From Raillietiella orientalis (lineage: Eukaryota): a DNA stretch of 64,000 nucleotides. The notes under the pieces were generated by a model. The model did no database searches and had not been told where the DNA came from. It saw only the letters and a program-made list of their open reading frames with translations. The position numbers were made by a program, and so were the translations under genes. The stretch covers positions 4,526,001 to 4,590,000 of the forward strand of contig JAYWIR010000006.1 in the NCBI GenBank assembly GCA_036172245.1, given 5' to 3'. The stretch's first letter is position 1. Each line of letters opens with the position of its first letter. Below, piece by piece: positions 1 through 12,700 of the stretch.

Positions 1-129
1 ATTTGCAAATGAAAAAAGCAACAGTGAGGTCCGCAGAAGTCCAAATTTTGAAGGATTGATGGCGGTCACGCACACGATTTACAAATGACTGCAGAGTGGA
101 GTTTTGATGCGACACAACAACACCAGCAC

Positions 130-745
130 AACAGCGCGCGAACATCGTTTCCGGGGAAGTTTCCCCCCGGAACTGTGGACGGTGCGGAGCAGAGGAAACG
201 CTCCCGCACCTGCTCTTCGACTGCGATGTCCTCGGAGGTCTGTGGCGGAGGCTGGCTTCGGCGCTCCTCCACCAAGGTGGCACAACGAGGATTTTGATGC
301 GCCGCTTCTTCACGCCAGGCGACCTGTCGTTCGGTGCGGTCGTCGCAATGATCTGTCGCATCCGCACCATCGGCACGGCCCACCGCCAGTTGGAGTCTCG
401 TGCGACTTTTCGAGAGGTCCACCAGTTTGGCCTAGGATAATATGACGTCGGCTGCCAGGCGGTCTCATCTTCCAGAAGACAAGGAAGGAGATCTCCGGCA
501 TTCAACGCCGCTTCTGAAAGGAAGGAATGACCGAAGCCAAAGACCTCTGTCCCCTCCCCTCCCCATATTTTCATTTATATTTTTCTATATATTCATTTGT
601 AGTCTCCTCCCTCCCGTTCCGAACTTTCGGATTGACCGAACTACGTGTCGGGGAGCCCTCCCCCCGTGTCTCTGTAACCTTTGTCCGGGAACCTTGTTCC
701 TGGATAGTTTTTGAATAAATGTCCCGGCGCACATGGGTGGAAAAC
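130..745 (+). mobile_element. 5'-truncated L1/Tx1-like LINE: ORF2 C-terminal CCHC zinc finger plus 3' UTR
   Basis: Frame RNCGRCGAEETLPHLLFDCDVLGGLW (zf-RVT-like C-x2-C...ET-x2-H-x4-C). The 3' UTR (440-740) is homologous, inverted, to 5205-5505. Confidence 0.7.
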
Positions 746-2099
746 AGCGCAGCAGCACGACGAACCATCGAGAGTGCCGTGCGGTTTCGCCTCCATTTCT
801 TGAATTCCCATGCTGAGCACGCAAGGATTACCAGGATATTTGAAGCCTTCGCAAATTTCTCCTTCCTCCGAAAAGGCATCCATAGTAGGAGATTCGACGC
901 AAATGTTTACCCTATCCTCTAAGTGCGAATCTTCCATCAGATGGAGAGTTGAATCAGGAGTTGTGCTCTTACAGCTCTATCACGGGATTGCTCACGGTGG
1001 TTACTTATGGTGATGGTGCAAGGAAGGACCTCGGGTGCACTCAGCGTGCACCTTACATTTCGCACCCATCGATTGCAGGCATGAGCCATTCCTTCGAATC
1101 CGGAACTGTGGAACCCGGTTTCCTCGTGAGCGAAAAATTTCCCTGATAAATAGCGTCAGGCAGCCTCAAGTATGAGCCGCTGCCTGCGCAAGCATTCTGA
1201 CACTCAGTGTCGGTACATTCGGTTGCATCCGTTCTTCTGCGAATGATCAAAGTCGCAACTTCCCACCCGTTCGGCCGTATCCGTGAGTAACCGTGAGGCC
1301 CGCTTTTCCGGCTCCACCGAAACTTCGGGAATTCGGAACGATTCTCTCCCTCACGAACCTCTGGAGGCACCATTCTGCCTGGATTCTTCCACGTTTCTTC
1401 CCAGCACTCACTGTGACCTGCGCTGCAGCAGCAAGAGCTCACCCAAATTAGAAGAACCGGACGTCCTTGCCTAGGATGCAGTACAGATTCTGTCGTCTTC
1501 TAGTTGCTGCGAGCGGTGAAATGGGCTCAACACCTTCGAAGGTTTCACGAAATGCGAGAGCTTCAAGCTTGCGGGAATGGCATCGACAACGGACTGCGTT
1601 GTCTCGGTTAACCGTAACCGACATCTCCTTGGTCACAGTCGGAGAAAAACCTTAAGGGTTACGCAGAAGCCTTTTTTCAAGATGGCGAGCGCTTATGTAC
1701 GTGTGTTCGGCTGCTGCACCGATTCCCCATGTTCACGCAAATCGGGACCCCATTTCCCGTTTTCCCCGGGAAAAGGATAGCAACGGTGGAAGGCTTTCCA
1801 TCTCCTGAACAAAAAATAAGATTTGTCCGCAGCCATGAATGTCTCGTGGATTGTTTTGGGTGTTTCGTACGTTTTTCTGTCTCGTGATTTTGTAGTCTAT
1901 TCCCTTCCGTTGAAACAAAGTTGTGATAAGACAAGCAAACACTCGAGAATCCTTTGCTCACTAGTGTTTCCATGACATTGGAAGTCGGGTTGTGGAGATA
2001 CTTGGGAGTAGCGAGAAATAGAATTCTGGTGGAGGAAAATGAGGATCTGTGGAGGCGGGGGGTGGGTGGTTTCAAAAGAGGGGAGCAGTGTAGGGGTGG

Positions 2100-5000
2100 C
2101 GGATAAGAATTTAGGATTCGATATGCCATTTCGCTATTCCCGCATGATCTTGTGTACGTAACGCTGATAAGAATAAATCTTAGGTAAGCATGGTAGGGAA
2201 TGATGGAAGATCATGATGGCATGGAAAAGGAGTGAAACAGACAGGAGAGTAGTCAGACTTTGGCGCGTTCGGAAGTTACGCTTCGAGGGTAAATATGAGA
2301 CGAAGACATTCTCATGATTGTGCCCGTGAAAGGGGACACCTCGAGTTAGGATTCACTTGACCTGGTTCAGCTCTTGTTGGCTTGGAAGTAAAGGCGGTGG
2401 GAATGGTAAGAAGGATGGAAGCAATGGTTGCGGTGGTTCGCGTGAACATTAGATGTGATACAGTGACTTTTCTGTAGTTCTAGATAATGGTACTGGAAAG
2501 GTGAGACTGTTTTTCTGCAGAAGCGTGCGTTACGGCTAACGAATGTCTGAGAACGCGATTTTGACGTTGGCGGTGTTCAGAAGTGATGAGGGAGTGCTGA
2601 GTGGTCGTCGATTCCGATTTGGACGTCGTGGTCGAGAGGAAAACCACTTCATGTGCCGCGAAAGACGCAGCTGTGCCCAGAGTATTTACTCCGCTTGATG
2701 CACACAGATCCGTGGGTGCCAAAAAGAAGCAGAGAACTTTGATGGGAAACGGAGACGCTGCGAAACGATCTTCCTGCGTACTCAGAGGCGTGGCGAACGT
2801 TCTGCCGTAAAGCACCTCGTACGAAGCGGCGTCCAGGTCACGTGAGCAGATGACCGGTCATAAGCAAGTTTCCCGCGCCCTGGAGACGAAACAAACCAAC
2901 AAGCTGCGTGCAGGATCTCTTATGTCAGCCTAGCTCGCTCCCTGTTCACCTAAGGCTGACCTCCTCAGATTGCTGTCTATCGTGCGACTCTTTTTTCTGT
3001 GGAAAACTAGAAGTGCTGAGATGGAAACTGCAGTCATCTCCATAACTCAAGCTTTGAAACCTTCAGAGCAGCTAATTAAAGCAAGAAATAGATAATGGGT
3101 CAAAGCAAGTGCGCGGGGCAGCTAAGTATCAAATGAGACCACGTGACGGCACTCTTCTGGATTTTTGATCGACCACCCCTTCCGCTTGATGTGGACGCGT
3201 ATTTCTTTTTACATGAATTTATACAAATGCTTGGAGGCATGGCACAGTTCCAAGTGTAGTGAATGCACAAGGTACATTGTCTAATGCTTCCTCAATGCGG
3301 AGAGGGTCTCTGGCATTCATGGAAAATCACTCAAGAAGCACCAAGGACGCCAGTAAACCATAGCAACTTTTAGGATGGTGCGACGGTTGCGTAAAGCTCC
3401 GGAGTGCTGCTCGGGCGATCCTTTTTCTCGCTCCTGCATTCAGTTGACGACCTCTGGCAGTGCTGAACAGCGTGCAGGCTGCTGTCCCTGCTAGGATGTC
3501 TCATGCTATTGCATGATCCTGATTCCGAAGGTCGAAGAAAGTGCGGGTTTGAATAGGAATCACAGCACCACGGCTACGAGGCAGTCACGCGAAAAAAGCA
3601 AGCAAATTTGGAGAATACATAACTTCATAGGAGGCCTGCTATCTCTACTAACAGTGGCGGCTTGAATTGCTGCTCTCGAAGAAATCACTAGAGCATTGTC
3701 TTCCTCACGTTACAAAGCTGAGGTTGTACAGCACAGCAGGTCGCCAGTTCACGATGCGTGTGGAGCGCGACGAGGAAACTCAAGGTGTCATTTACAGGCA
3801 AGATCTGAAAGGCGATGCTCGCGTGGTGTTTAGGCATCCTGCCCAACGCCACAGGAACAGCATCCAGCTAATCGCATTCACATACTTGTTCAGCAAGCCT
3901 GACCTCCACCTGCTGATCAAACCTGGAGATATCTGGCATTCAGAAGGGAAAATGCCCTCAGGGCAGCTTGATAAGAGTTCTTGTGCCGAAGACCAGAAAA
4001 CAGACGCAATAAACATGCAGAAGGCTGCACACGTTAAAGAAAATGCATGGTGTGTGCGCGTAAGCGCCGGCAGGAATCGCTCGGCATCGCCCCCTTTTCT
4101 CTCACAGGTGTGTCACGGGGAGCTGGCACACGCACCTGTTGCACAGAAGTTCTTGCTTGGCATTCTCTTCTTCCAATGATTGCAGACGCTGCACTGCCTG
4201 CACCAAAAAGATCGAGATTCCCAGGACGCAGCCTGCATCTCGAAACTCACCAGCTGTAGGTTTTGACAGGAAAATTTGTCTCCCGCCTCTTTCATCTGCC
4301 TTCAGGAAGATGTGATGAGAGTAGCCGCATTAATAAACCGCGGTTTGTACTGCATCTCGGGTATGGAACAGTTCTGGAGCGCACTGTCTTCACGTCACTT
4401 TGAGGACGGAAGCTCCGGTAACGATTTGAAGCCGCGCTGCTTCTAAGAGCGGTGTCTTCAAGAGCATTCGTTGCTGATATGAATGTCACAGGAGATTCGG
4501 TACGAATACAAGGAGATCATAGTATTTTTCCTGTACGCTGGCTTCTATCGGTTGCATTTTCCAGGCGCTTTTCTTCCCTGCGCTGGGTTTCCTTTTCGAA
4601 GACTTCACGTGCAAGACAACCCGACCTTGCAAGAATTCCCCACCGCCGACACTGAGCTTTTCTTCTATGCAAGGGATGGTGTTTGTTCGTCTCGTGTGGT
4701 CTGGCGCCCAGCCTTTTGTGCAGCAGTGTCCGTCTCCGGCTCGATATCAGCAGGACTTCAGGTATGAAGAAACGTTGAACCGATTTCAGGGAAGATTAAG
4801 ATTCGCTGGAATCATAGATAAGGCATCCCATGATGCAAGAGGTCGGGCAACGACGCTCCGTTCGCTGCCGCCCTGTGGGGATTTGTCCTCGACCCTGTGA
4901 TGATGGGAGCCCACGTGCAGAAATGGAGCAATCAGCGCTGATGCGCAAACGTGCAGAAAGGGCACAAGATAGCGAAGCAATTGAACGGATGGATGTGTTC

Positions 5001-5190
5001 TTCCGTCGCTTCATCTCACAGTTTCCTTGTTGTGCTTCCTATTTGTGTTGCGCGTACGGGAAAAATGGCCGTGCTCCAAGAAACTTTGCAGGTGATTGAA
5101 AAGGTCGTTTTCGCCGTTCCTGTAGTGGATCCGGTGCGCCCCTCCGGTTCAACTTCCTTGCCAAGGTCGAAGAGTTTTTCGAAGGTTGAT
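2100..5190 (-). mobile_element. Heavily decayed Ty3/Gypsy-like pol remnant
   Basis: Degenerate motifs in RT-RNaseH-integrase order on the minus strand: MPYL*FQR, YYDLLVFVPNL, LQIVTGAS, SYEVLYGR. Many stops and frameshifts. Boundaries approximate. Confidence 0.4.
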
Positions 5191-5199
5191 GCTGCTGCT

Positions 5200-5870
5200 T
5201 CTCACACGGGTGCGCCGGGGCGTTTATTACTAAACTATCCAGGAACAAAGTTCCCGGACAAAGGACACAGAAGAGACGAAGGGGGTGGGATCCCCGACGC
5301 GCAGGTCGGTATACCGAAAGTCCGGAACAGGAGGGAGGGGACCACAAATACACTTATAAAAAAATAAAAATAAAGATAAGGGAGGGTAGGGGACAGGGGT
5401 CTTTGGTGCGGCCGTTCCTTTCTTTCAGAACCGGCTATGGATGCCGGCGATCTCGCTCCTGACGTCCTCTGGAAGATGGGCCCACTCGGCAGCCGACGCC
5501 ATGTTAATGCCGGCTATTCCGACGACGAATCGCCAGCTTCTCCAGCTCTCGGTGGGCCTTGTCGATGGCGCGGGTGCAACAGACCTTTGCGATGACAGCA
5601 CCTAAGGACAGTCCGCCTGTCGTGAAGAAGTGTGTTGGCGAACCTTGGCCATCGCAGCGGAGTACTGCAGCACCCTATGGTACGTTCCCGCACGTCTCCT
5701 CGCCATCCATAAGGCCACGACGGAAGGACTCGAGTCTTTCCTCACGTGCTTTCGTCCCAAGATGCGAAGATGAGGTCTTCTCCTGGGTCGCATGGTCACC
5801 CTGGCGAAGGAGAACGACTGGGGATGCTCTGCTGACCCACCAACTCTAGCGCCTGGCTAGAGGAGACAGT
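5200..5870 (-). mobile_element. LINE 3' fragment, same subfamily as 130-745
   Basis: Clear nucleotide homology with 300-740 (e.g. cctttgtccgggaac..tgttcctggatagttt) and the shared terminal motif. Confidence 0.75.
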
Positions 5871-5914
5871 TGGTACGTGGGCGAAGATAAACGAGCCGAG
5901 AAGTGAGACGTGGA

Positions 5915-6710
5915 TTTTCACCCGGGTGATCCGGGGCTTTTATTATTAAAATTTTTTCACGAAAACAAAAAAAATTTCATAATAAAGTCCTTTCTTGTCA
6001 CTCTAGTTTTTTTTTTTTTTTCAGTTAGAACATATGTTCCAACTGTCTTGGGACACTTGTCCTTACCGACCCGCTGGCCGGTAAGGTCCACTTCACGGGC
6101 TCAGGGGAGGGGAAAAACAGAAAAAAACACACACAAAAAAAAAAGAAAACCGCCTGGGGGGGGACAATGTTGTTTGGGGAGGGGAGGGAAGGGAAGGGAT
6201 CACGGTGCGCCGTGAGGAGGCCTCTGCATCCGGTTTTGGATGCGAACAAGTACCGGAAAATGTTTTTCAAGTCGGCACCAACGGGAAGCCTTCTCCAAGG
6301 AGATGGCTGCCCAGTGGATGGCATTCCGACTTCTTCCTCCTCTCCTGGTTGCGGTCCATTTATCCAAAATTCCGCGTATGCAGCAAAGCACTGCTACACA
6401 CCCGGCGGCTGGCATGGCGTCCCGCATCAGGAGGTTTCGAAAAATGTTTTTCGGGTTGCCCACCGGAATGTTTAGGGCCGACGAGAGTCGATCCCACATC
6501 TGGCGGAGGGCAACACACTCGATAATTAAGTGGGGGAAGGTCTCCCTTTCCCCACACTCTGCACAGTGGGCATCGACACTCCCTGAGGTCCAATGAGACA
6601 GGCGTGCTCTGCTTAAAAGTCCCCAATGGAGCAGAAGCAACGCCGTCTCCTGCCACTGCAGGGGGAAGGTGCCGTGGAACGGTGAGACGTGGAACTGCCT
6701 GTGATTCAGC
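5915..6710 (-). mobile_element. L1/Tx1-like LINE 3' fragment
   Basis: ORF 6200-6712: WQETALLLLHWG...HCAECGERETFPHLIIECVALRQMW. Ends in the AATAAA-GCCCCGG terminal motif at about 5915-5944. Confidence 0.75.
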
Positions 6711-7715
6711 AACTACGTCCGCTGCTCGCTTCGGAACACACCGGAGTGTCCCGCCAGGAGTACGCGGGCGGAGATGGCCCCCTTCGCTACGGCGATGCCC
6801 TTCCTGAAGAGGGCACTTGGCAGCAGCCAGACGCCGAGGTGGCAGGTCTCCTGCAAGATTGCAGGCAGGTAGAAGCTGATTATGAGTGGTTGGACCACGG
6901 GACAGCTGGCGGATGCAGCGACCCCGAGTGTTCTTCCGCGAGGATTGCAGCGCTGGGGCGAGCTGCTCGGCATTCCATCGGAAGACCTGGAGTGGCCCTT
7001 CGTGCTGAAAGACACGAGCACCCTGCCTCTGATGTGGCAGGCGTCGGCGCTTCTGCTGTTGTTGCACTGGGGTTTCTCCTGAAACGCGCACTGGCACCGC
7101 TGGACGCGGTGGGGGGTGAATCCGGACTGTGGCAGTTGCGGGGAATGGGAATCCATCCCGCACCTGCTAGTGGACTGTGTTGCCCTCCGATCCCTATGGG
7201 GACGTTTTGCAACGACCCTCCGTACCCCGGTTGGCACCCCCCCCCCAGGGTCGTTTTACGGCTCCTCTTTGTGCGGGACGCCCTGCTGCCAGCAGCAACC
7301 ACAACAGAGCTGTGCTGCATCCGCGGGATCGTCCCCGCGGCATGGAGCGAAGTCGACGGAAGAAGAACAACGAAAGGGACGCTGTCCAGTTCTCAGTTCG
7401 CTTCCTGCGGAGAGCGTCCAGATGACCCCACCTGGGGATCATTCGGACGGACCTTGCTGGCATCCTAGAATGGATGCAGACTCTCTCCAGCGGACAGTAG
7501 CCTCTCCCCCCCCTCCCAAGTTTTTTCGTTTATTTTTATTTATTTATTTATTTTGATTTTGTTTTCTCCCATTCCCCTCTGCTGCCGAGGTTAGCCCGCT
7601 GGTCTGCGTACCGGCGACCCGGCAGGTCCACTGCTGAGTTGGCCGTAGTGGGGTCTCGTACCACGAATGTTGTTTCTTGAAATCAATGAACGCCCCGGCG
7701 CGACCGGGTGACAAC
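6690..7715 (+). mobile_element. L1/Tx1-like LINE 3' fragment
   Basis: WQASALLLLLHWG...DCGSCGEWESIPHLLVDCVALRSLW with frameshifts. Terminal motif at 7685-7714. Confidence 0.75.
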
Positions 7716-8830
7716 TCCGGAGGGAGCCCGCAAGGGAACCGCTCGTTTACCCCCCTGAAGAAAGCCTCGAAGGGAGGCTTCCGAAATTCAGAAGAGTGCA
7801 GCTTCCTCGAAGGGATTGGTTTCGCTTTGCATTCTCTGGAGAGGTGACGACACACCGACTCCATCAGTACGACGCGGAGGAACCCCCTGGAATGGGGAGT
7901 CCGCTCCTTCACAACCGTAGGGGAGCTCCCACTCTTTGATTCCTGGAAGGACTCGGAGGTCGACTCCCATGTGTCCCAGCCTTCATCCGGGGCATCCGGT
8001 TTTAACCGCTACTCGAATGAATGGAGGCCAGCCAGTGCCATCTTGGGGAGGAACTCGAACCCACGACGCACTGCGTCGATTCATTTCAGAGTATTCGAGC
8101 CCGCGACGCTTGGTGGTGCCACGCGCGGAGACCTCAGCAGCCACAAAGCCTCCGACAACAGTGAGCTGCGTTTTTCGCCAAAGGTTAAAAGGCAAAGCAG
8201 CTGCAGGAGGAGGAAACCGAAGAACGGACTTGGAAGTTGGGCGCCAGCAGTCCAGCTCCAGTAAAGGGAACGGAGGAAGCAGAGGAGCATCACAGATGCT
8301 TTGGAACTCAGGCAGTCTCCCAGCAGCCGGCAGCATCCGTCTCGAAAATTCAGACGGTGGCGCGCGACCAACCAATCTCGGCAGTCGGCTCCACGCTTCG
8401 GGCAGACCCAGAACCCCAGAAGCAACGCCCTATCCTGGCCCCTTCGGATCCTCGAGGACTGCCTTCCCGGGAGATCTCCTACAGAGTTCGAGAAGAGAGG
8501 AAAGCGGGCTGCGCTCTCCTGGTTTTCTCCGGAGGGTTGCAGGCATCGCTCCGAGTGTGCGCGGTGGACTTCCTGGGTCCCCGAATCCCCTGGCGGGATC
8601 GGAGAAGGTACGGAAGGAGAGCAGGAATTCTACAGAAGCTCCGGATCCCTCTCACGCAGGAGGGTGGGAGGACCGCACGAGACACACCCTGGTGTGCTCG
8701 ACGAAGCCGTGTGTTCGCAGCAAGCATCCTGACCCGTATCTGCATCAGAAGAACGCAACGCCGTTCCCCGGGAACGTATGCTGGGAGCAGTCACGGCATC
8801 CAGGAAGCCTCGTCAGCATGAACACCGCTC
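7715..8830 (-). repeat. Unclassified GC-rich dispersed repeat, copy 1 (carries tRNA-like B-box motifs)
   Basis: Colinear patches of homology with 58570-60560 and 62420-63960 (e.g. cacctctccagag, ggttgtga, cctggatgccgtgac, gcgtcgcggg.tcgaat). Confidence 0.6.
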
Positions 8831-9627
8831 CACTGATGGAAGGATAACGGAGGCAGGGTGGGAAAAGGGAATTTGCGCGCGCATCCCAAACCGCGGACAA
8901 GGGAACAGAGCCAGTTCCTCATGTGGCAACGCACTGCTATTTATAGAACACCAATGCGTGTCATATGTTTACAGAATACGAACCAATGCTCACATGTTTG
9001 CAACATTCCCAATTATTTCAGAAAATCGGTGCGGACGCCTCCCCTCCCGCTTTGAATTCGCTTTCCCATTCCCTAAGCATCCCATCTTCAGGTTGCGACG
9101 AGTTACGAGGTGGACGGCACGCCGGCCGAGCTCACGCGACGGCACCACAAAGCACAACACTAGAAAACGAAGAACTTCAGGACCTTCTGCGCCTACGAGA
9201 AGGCAGGTGCGTTTTTTTTTTTGACCGCCGGTGCTCCGTGAACGAACACCGCGTGGGACACCATGGTGATGATCGAGGGTGTGCTGGGGGGTGGGGGGGG
9301 ACCGAACGCGGGACTCGCCTTGCCTGCCGCTCGTCGGTGCAGCGTGGACGAGGCCCGCGCGCGGGATCGTCAAAGCTCCGCGTTCAACGTGGGCGCGGAT
9401 ACGCGGATAGCCACAGGCGTGCGCGCGCCTGCATCCTCCCACGAAGGAGTGCAACCGCAGGGAACGCAAAGTTTCCACGGCAACGCATGATCCCTCCACC
9501 GCTAAGGTGAGCTCCCGACGGTGTGTGCGCGCTTCAATGCAGCAGATGAAAAGTACGCACTTCCGGACATTCATACATTTATTACATCAATGTATAAATC
9601 AAAACATGATAAAAAAAAAAAAAAAAA

Positions 9628-9663
9628 GGGGTGGGGTGGGGTGGGGTGGGGTGGGGGAGGGGA
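9628..9663 (+). repeat. (GGGGT)n run after a poly-A tract, downstream of the CadN stop
   Basis: Directly visible tandem GGGGT units. Confidence 0.85.
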
Positions 9664-9760
9664 GAGAACTGGGCTGGTGCAATGAGATCAAGTATTCAGG
9701 ATTTGGCAGTTGGCACAGAGACCGAAACCTGAGTTTTGGAATGAAATGAAACTGACGAAC

Positions 9761-12700
9761 TCAAGGCTCTTCGTCTTCTGATTCGCCTTGTCCATACATG
9801 TCGGCCAGCTTTGCGAAACGTGGACCCCAATTGTCCAAATATTCGAAGTCAAACTCGTTGTCCTCGGAACCGGAACCCAGAGACGACAAAGAACCGGACG
9901 TGCTGCCGCCGCCCTCGTAGGCGTAATTTCGCAGGTCGTCGTAGGGCGGGGACGTGGGATCCAGGTCTGCTTTAATCTTGTGGGAAGATATAAACACGCC
10001 GACATCTGTTATGGGCATGGAGTGATCTGGAAGGCAGGGCGTCCGATCGCCGCAGGCGGGGGCGATGCCCACTCACAAGTAGGGGGCTTCCGCGGATCCA
10101 AATAGAAAGGCAGTGGCTTTCCCGCCAGGTCAATCGGAATTTGCAACGGGGTGATGTCGAAGGCGGTCATGTCGTCTTCTCCGCCTCCCTCATCATCGTA
10201 GCTGATGATGTTTTCGCGCACGTCGTCATCGGGACCGGGGTATTTGAAGTGCTCGCTCTTGCGCCGGTTGTACACCACGAACACCAAAACGAGCACTGGA
10301 ACATTCATTGATTACCGACTTGACTTGGAGGCCCGCACGCCCGATGATACTTACACAAAAGACTAAGCAAGCAAACAACTAGAACTATGATGAATTCATT
10401 TGTTACCCCGAGCTGAGTTGATCCCAGGGACTCTAGGTGGCAATCCTGACCAGCATGGCCTCCGGGGCAATAACAAACATAGCCTTTGCCGTCAGGCAAG
10501 TTATGGCAAGTGCCTCCATGCAAGCATGGTTCCGCGAGGCACTCATCAATGTCGACACAACGGTCATGCATTTGGACACGCATGCCAGCAGGACAGCTGA
10601 ACAAAAGGAGAGACGCATGCAATGAAACATACTTACAGAAATCCGTCACAGGAACCCGGGAATCAGGACCAGAGATTCAGAGATTCGAGGAAAGCAAAGC
10701 AAACGAGAGCGAAGAGAGGAAGAAAGAGGAAGGGGCCATGCAAAAAGCACCACAACCACAGTACTACACGTACCACAACTGAATGGAAAAACCTACCCAG
10801 AATGAAAAGCAGGCAGACGAGGATAGCAGCAAGAAATCCTGTGCTAAAGCGGAGAACGTGCCCATCCCGTAGAGCACCGCAATTAGCACCATAGTAACCG
10901 GAAGGGCAGAGGCAATCAAAACCAGGATCTCGATTAATACAAGTGCCGCCATTATGACAAGGATCCAGCAAACATTCATTCAGATCCAGGCAAGTATTGG
11001 ATTCCGGCTCGAGGATACGACCTTCGACACAGCTACACCCCACAGAATTACAGAAAGAAATACACAGTTTTCCAAAAAACAAAAAAAAAAAAACCAAAAA
11101 AAAAAAAAAACAAGCAGTCAATAAAGGAGCTCATGAGCAAATAGAACAAGATGGGTGACTTACGTGCATTCATACTCCATCCACAAATCGACACACACAA
11201 AAGGACTAGGGCATATGACATTGGCACAAGGACTGTTTGAAGGACAGTCTCGTTTCAGGTTACGGTACATCGTGGCTTGACCCCACGGTGTTCCATTGAG
11301 ACCGGGAGGTAAAGGCAAATGCCGACCTTCCAAACGGATGTCATCGAGGCAGCCTAACACAAGAATCAAGTCACCGACACCACGCGGTGGAGCAAAGCTT
11401 TGCCTTTCTGGAAATCTCCGAACACTTCGAACGTGCGTACACCAGTGTACTCCGCTTTTCCACCCGCATAGACACCTTCCTGTTTGTCCACGGACATCAG
11501 CTGATGGCCTTCAAACACAAAGGTCTCGTTATAGCGCCTTCCTTCTCCACCATCCAGCTGCAGAATCGCTGCCGACCCGAATCTCTTAGCACGCGCGATG
11601 TGCCATTGACCGTCATTGACCATGACAGCCGTTAGCCACAAGACCCATTCTTCGGTGCGCAGAGAATTCAGATTATAGCGAAAGCGAAGGTGACCATCCT
11701 GAAGCTGAGGAATCCCGACAGGATGTCCCGTTCCGGGCAGACTTTGCGGCTTACCTCTAGAATGCCGTACTCGCGGTTATGTTGGTCACTGACGCGGAAG
11801 AGCTCCCCTCGCTGTTCTCGAGTACGGAAGCGCAGCTGCAGCTCGGTTAGGAAGCGCCGCGTCTCGAAGGAGAGCGCATATTTCACGTAACTTTGCTGGT
11901 CGAACGCCGTCGGCATGGTAGGTACGTCACAACCGGGTCCGGACCACCCGGGGTGACATTCGCAGCGCGCGTAGGACATGGAGGCTGCGCAAGTTCCGTG
12001 GTGGCCACAGCCAGATGACTCTATGGCATTTCCACTGCACAATTCTTCGGTCTGAAGGCATCCCGGGTGGCTGTTCTTCCACTGGCCGGGATCGGACAGG
12101 TCATACAGCTGGAAGCGGCCCGAATACACGCAAAGCAAACGATTCCCGCCTACCTCGCTGTTGAGCATCAGATTTCGAATGCAGCCTTCGAACGGCCTCC
12201 CGTACGGGATCGCGGACCAGTGAAACACTTCCTGGTTCAGAGGATCTCCGGAAATTCCTCCCAACTGCAACGGCGTGTTCAAGTTTAGGTATTCGCTGAA
12301 AGGAGGGATGAGTCCGGTCGCATGGCAGGACAAATTGTCGAAATGGGGTTCGGAGCCGTCCTCAAGTTCGGTGACATCCGAGGTACGACAAGAATCCACA
12401 ATCAAGGAAACCCGTTCTGTGTTCCACAGAACATCCAGCCGGTGCCATTCCCCATCAGCCAGACTGGTTCGCGTGGCCACCCGGAGTTCCAGAGTGCCAG
12501 AACCGAAATCGATCAGCAGCCGGGGCTGCTCGTTCTCAAGCTCCAGGGCGATGAAATCGGAGAGGATCACCTCTTCGGGTTCGGGGGCAACTATTGGTCC
12601 ATTATAAAGAAGCAAGCCATCGGACTTGATCGTGATAAACTCGAGGGTCAGGTGTGACGATTCACACATGGACAGCGGAGGAAACCACGCCCATCCATCG

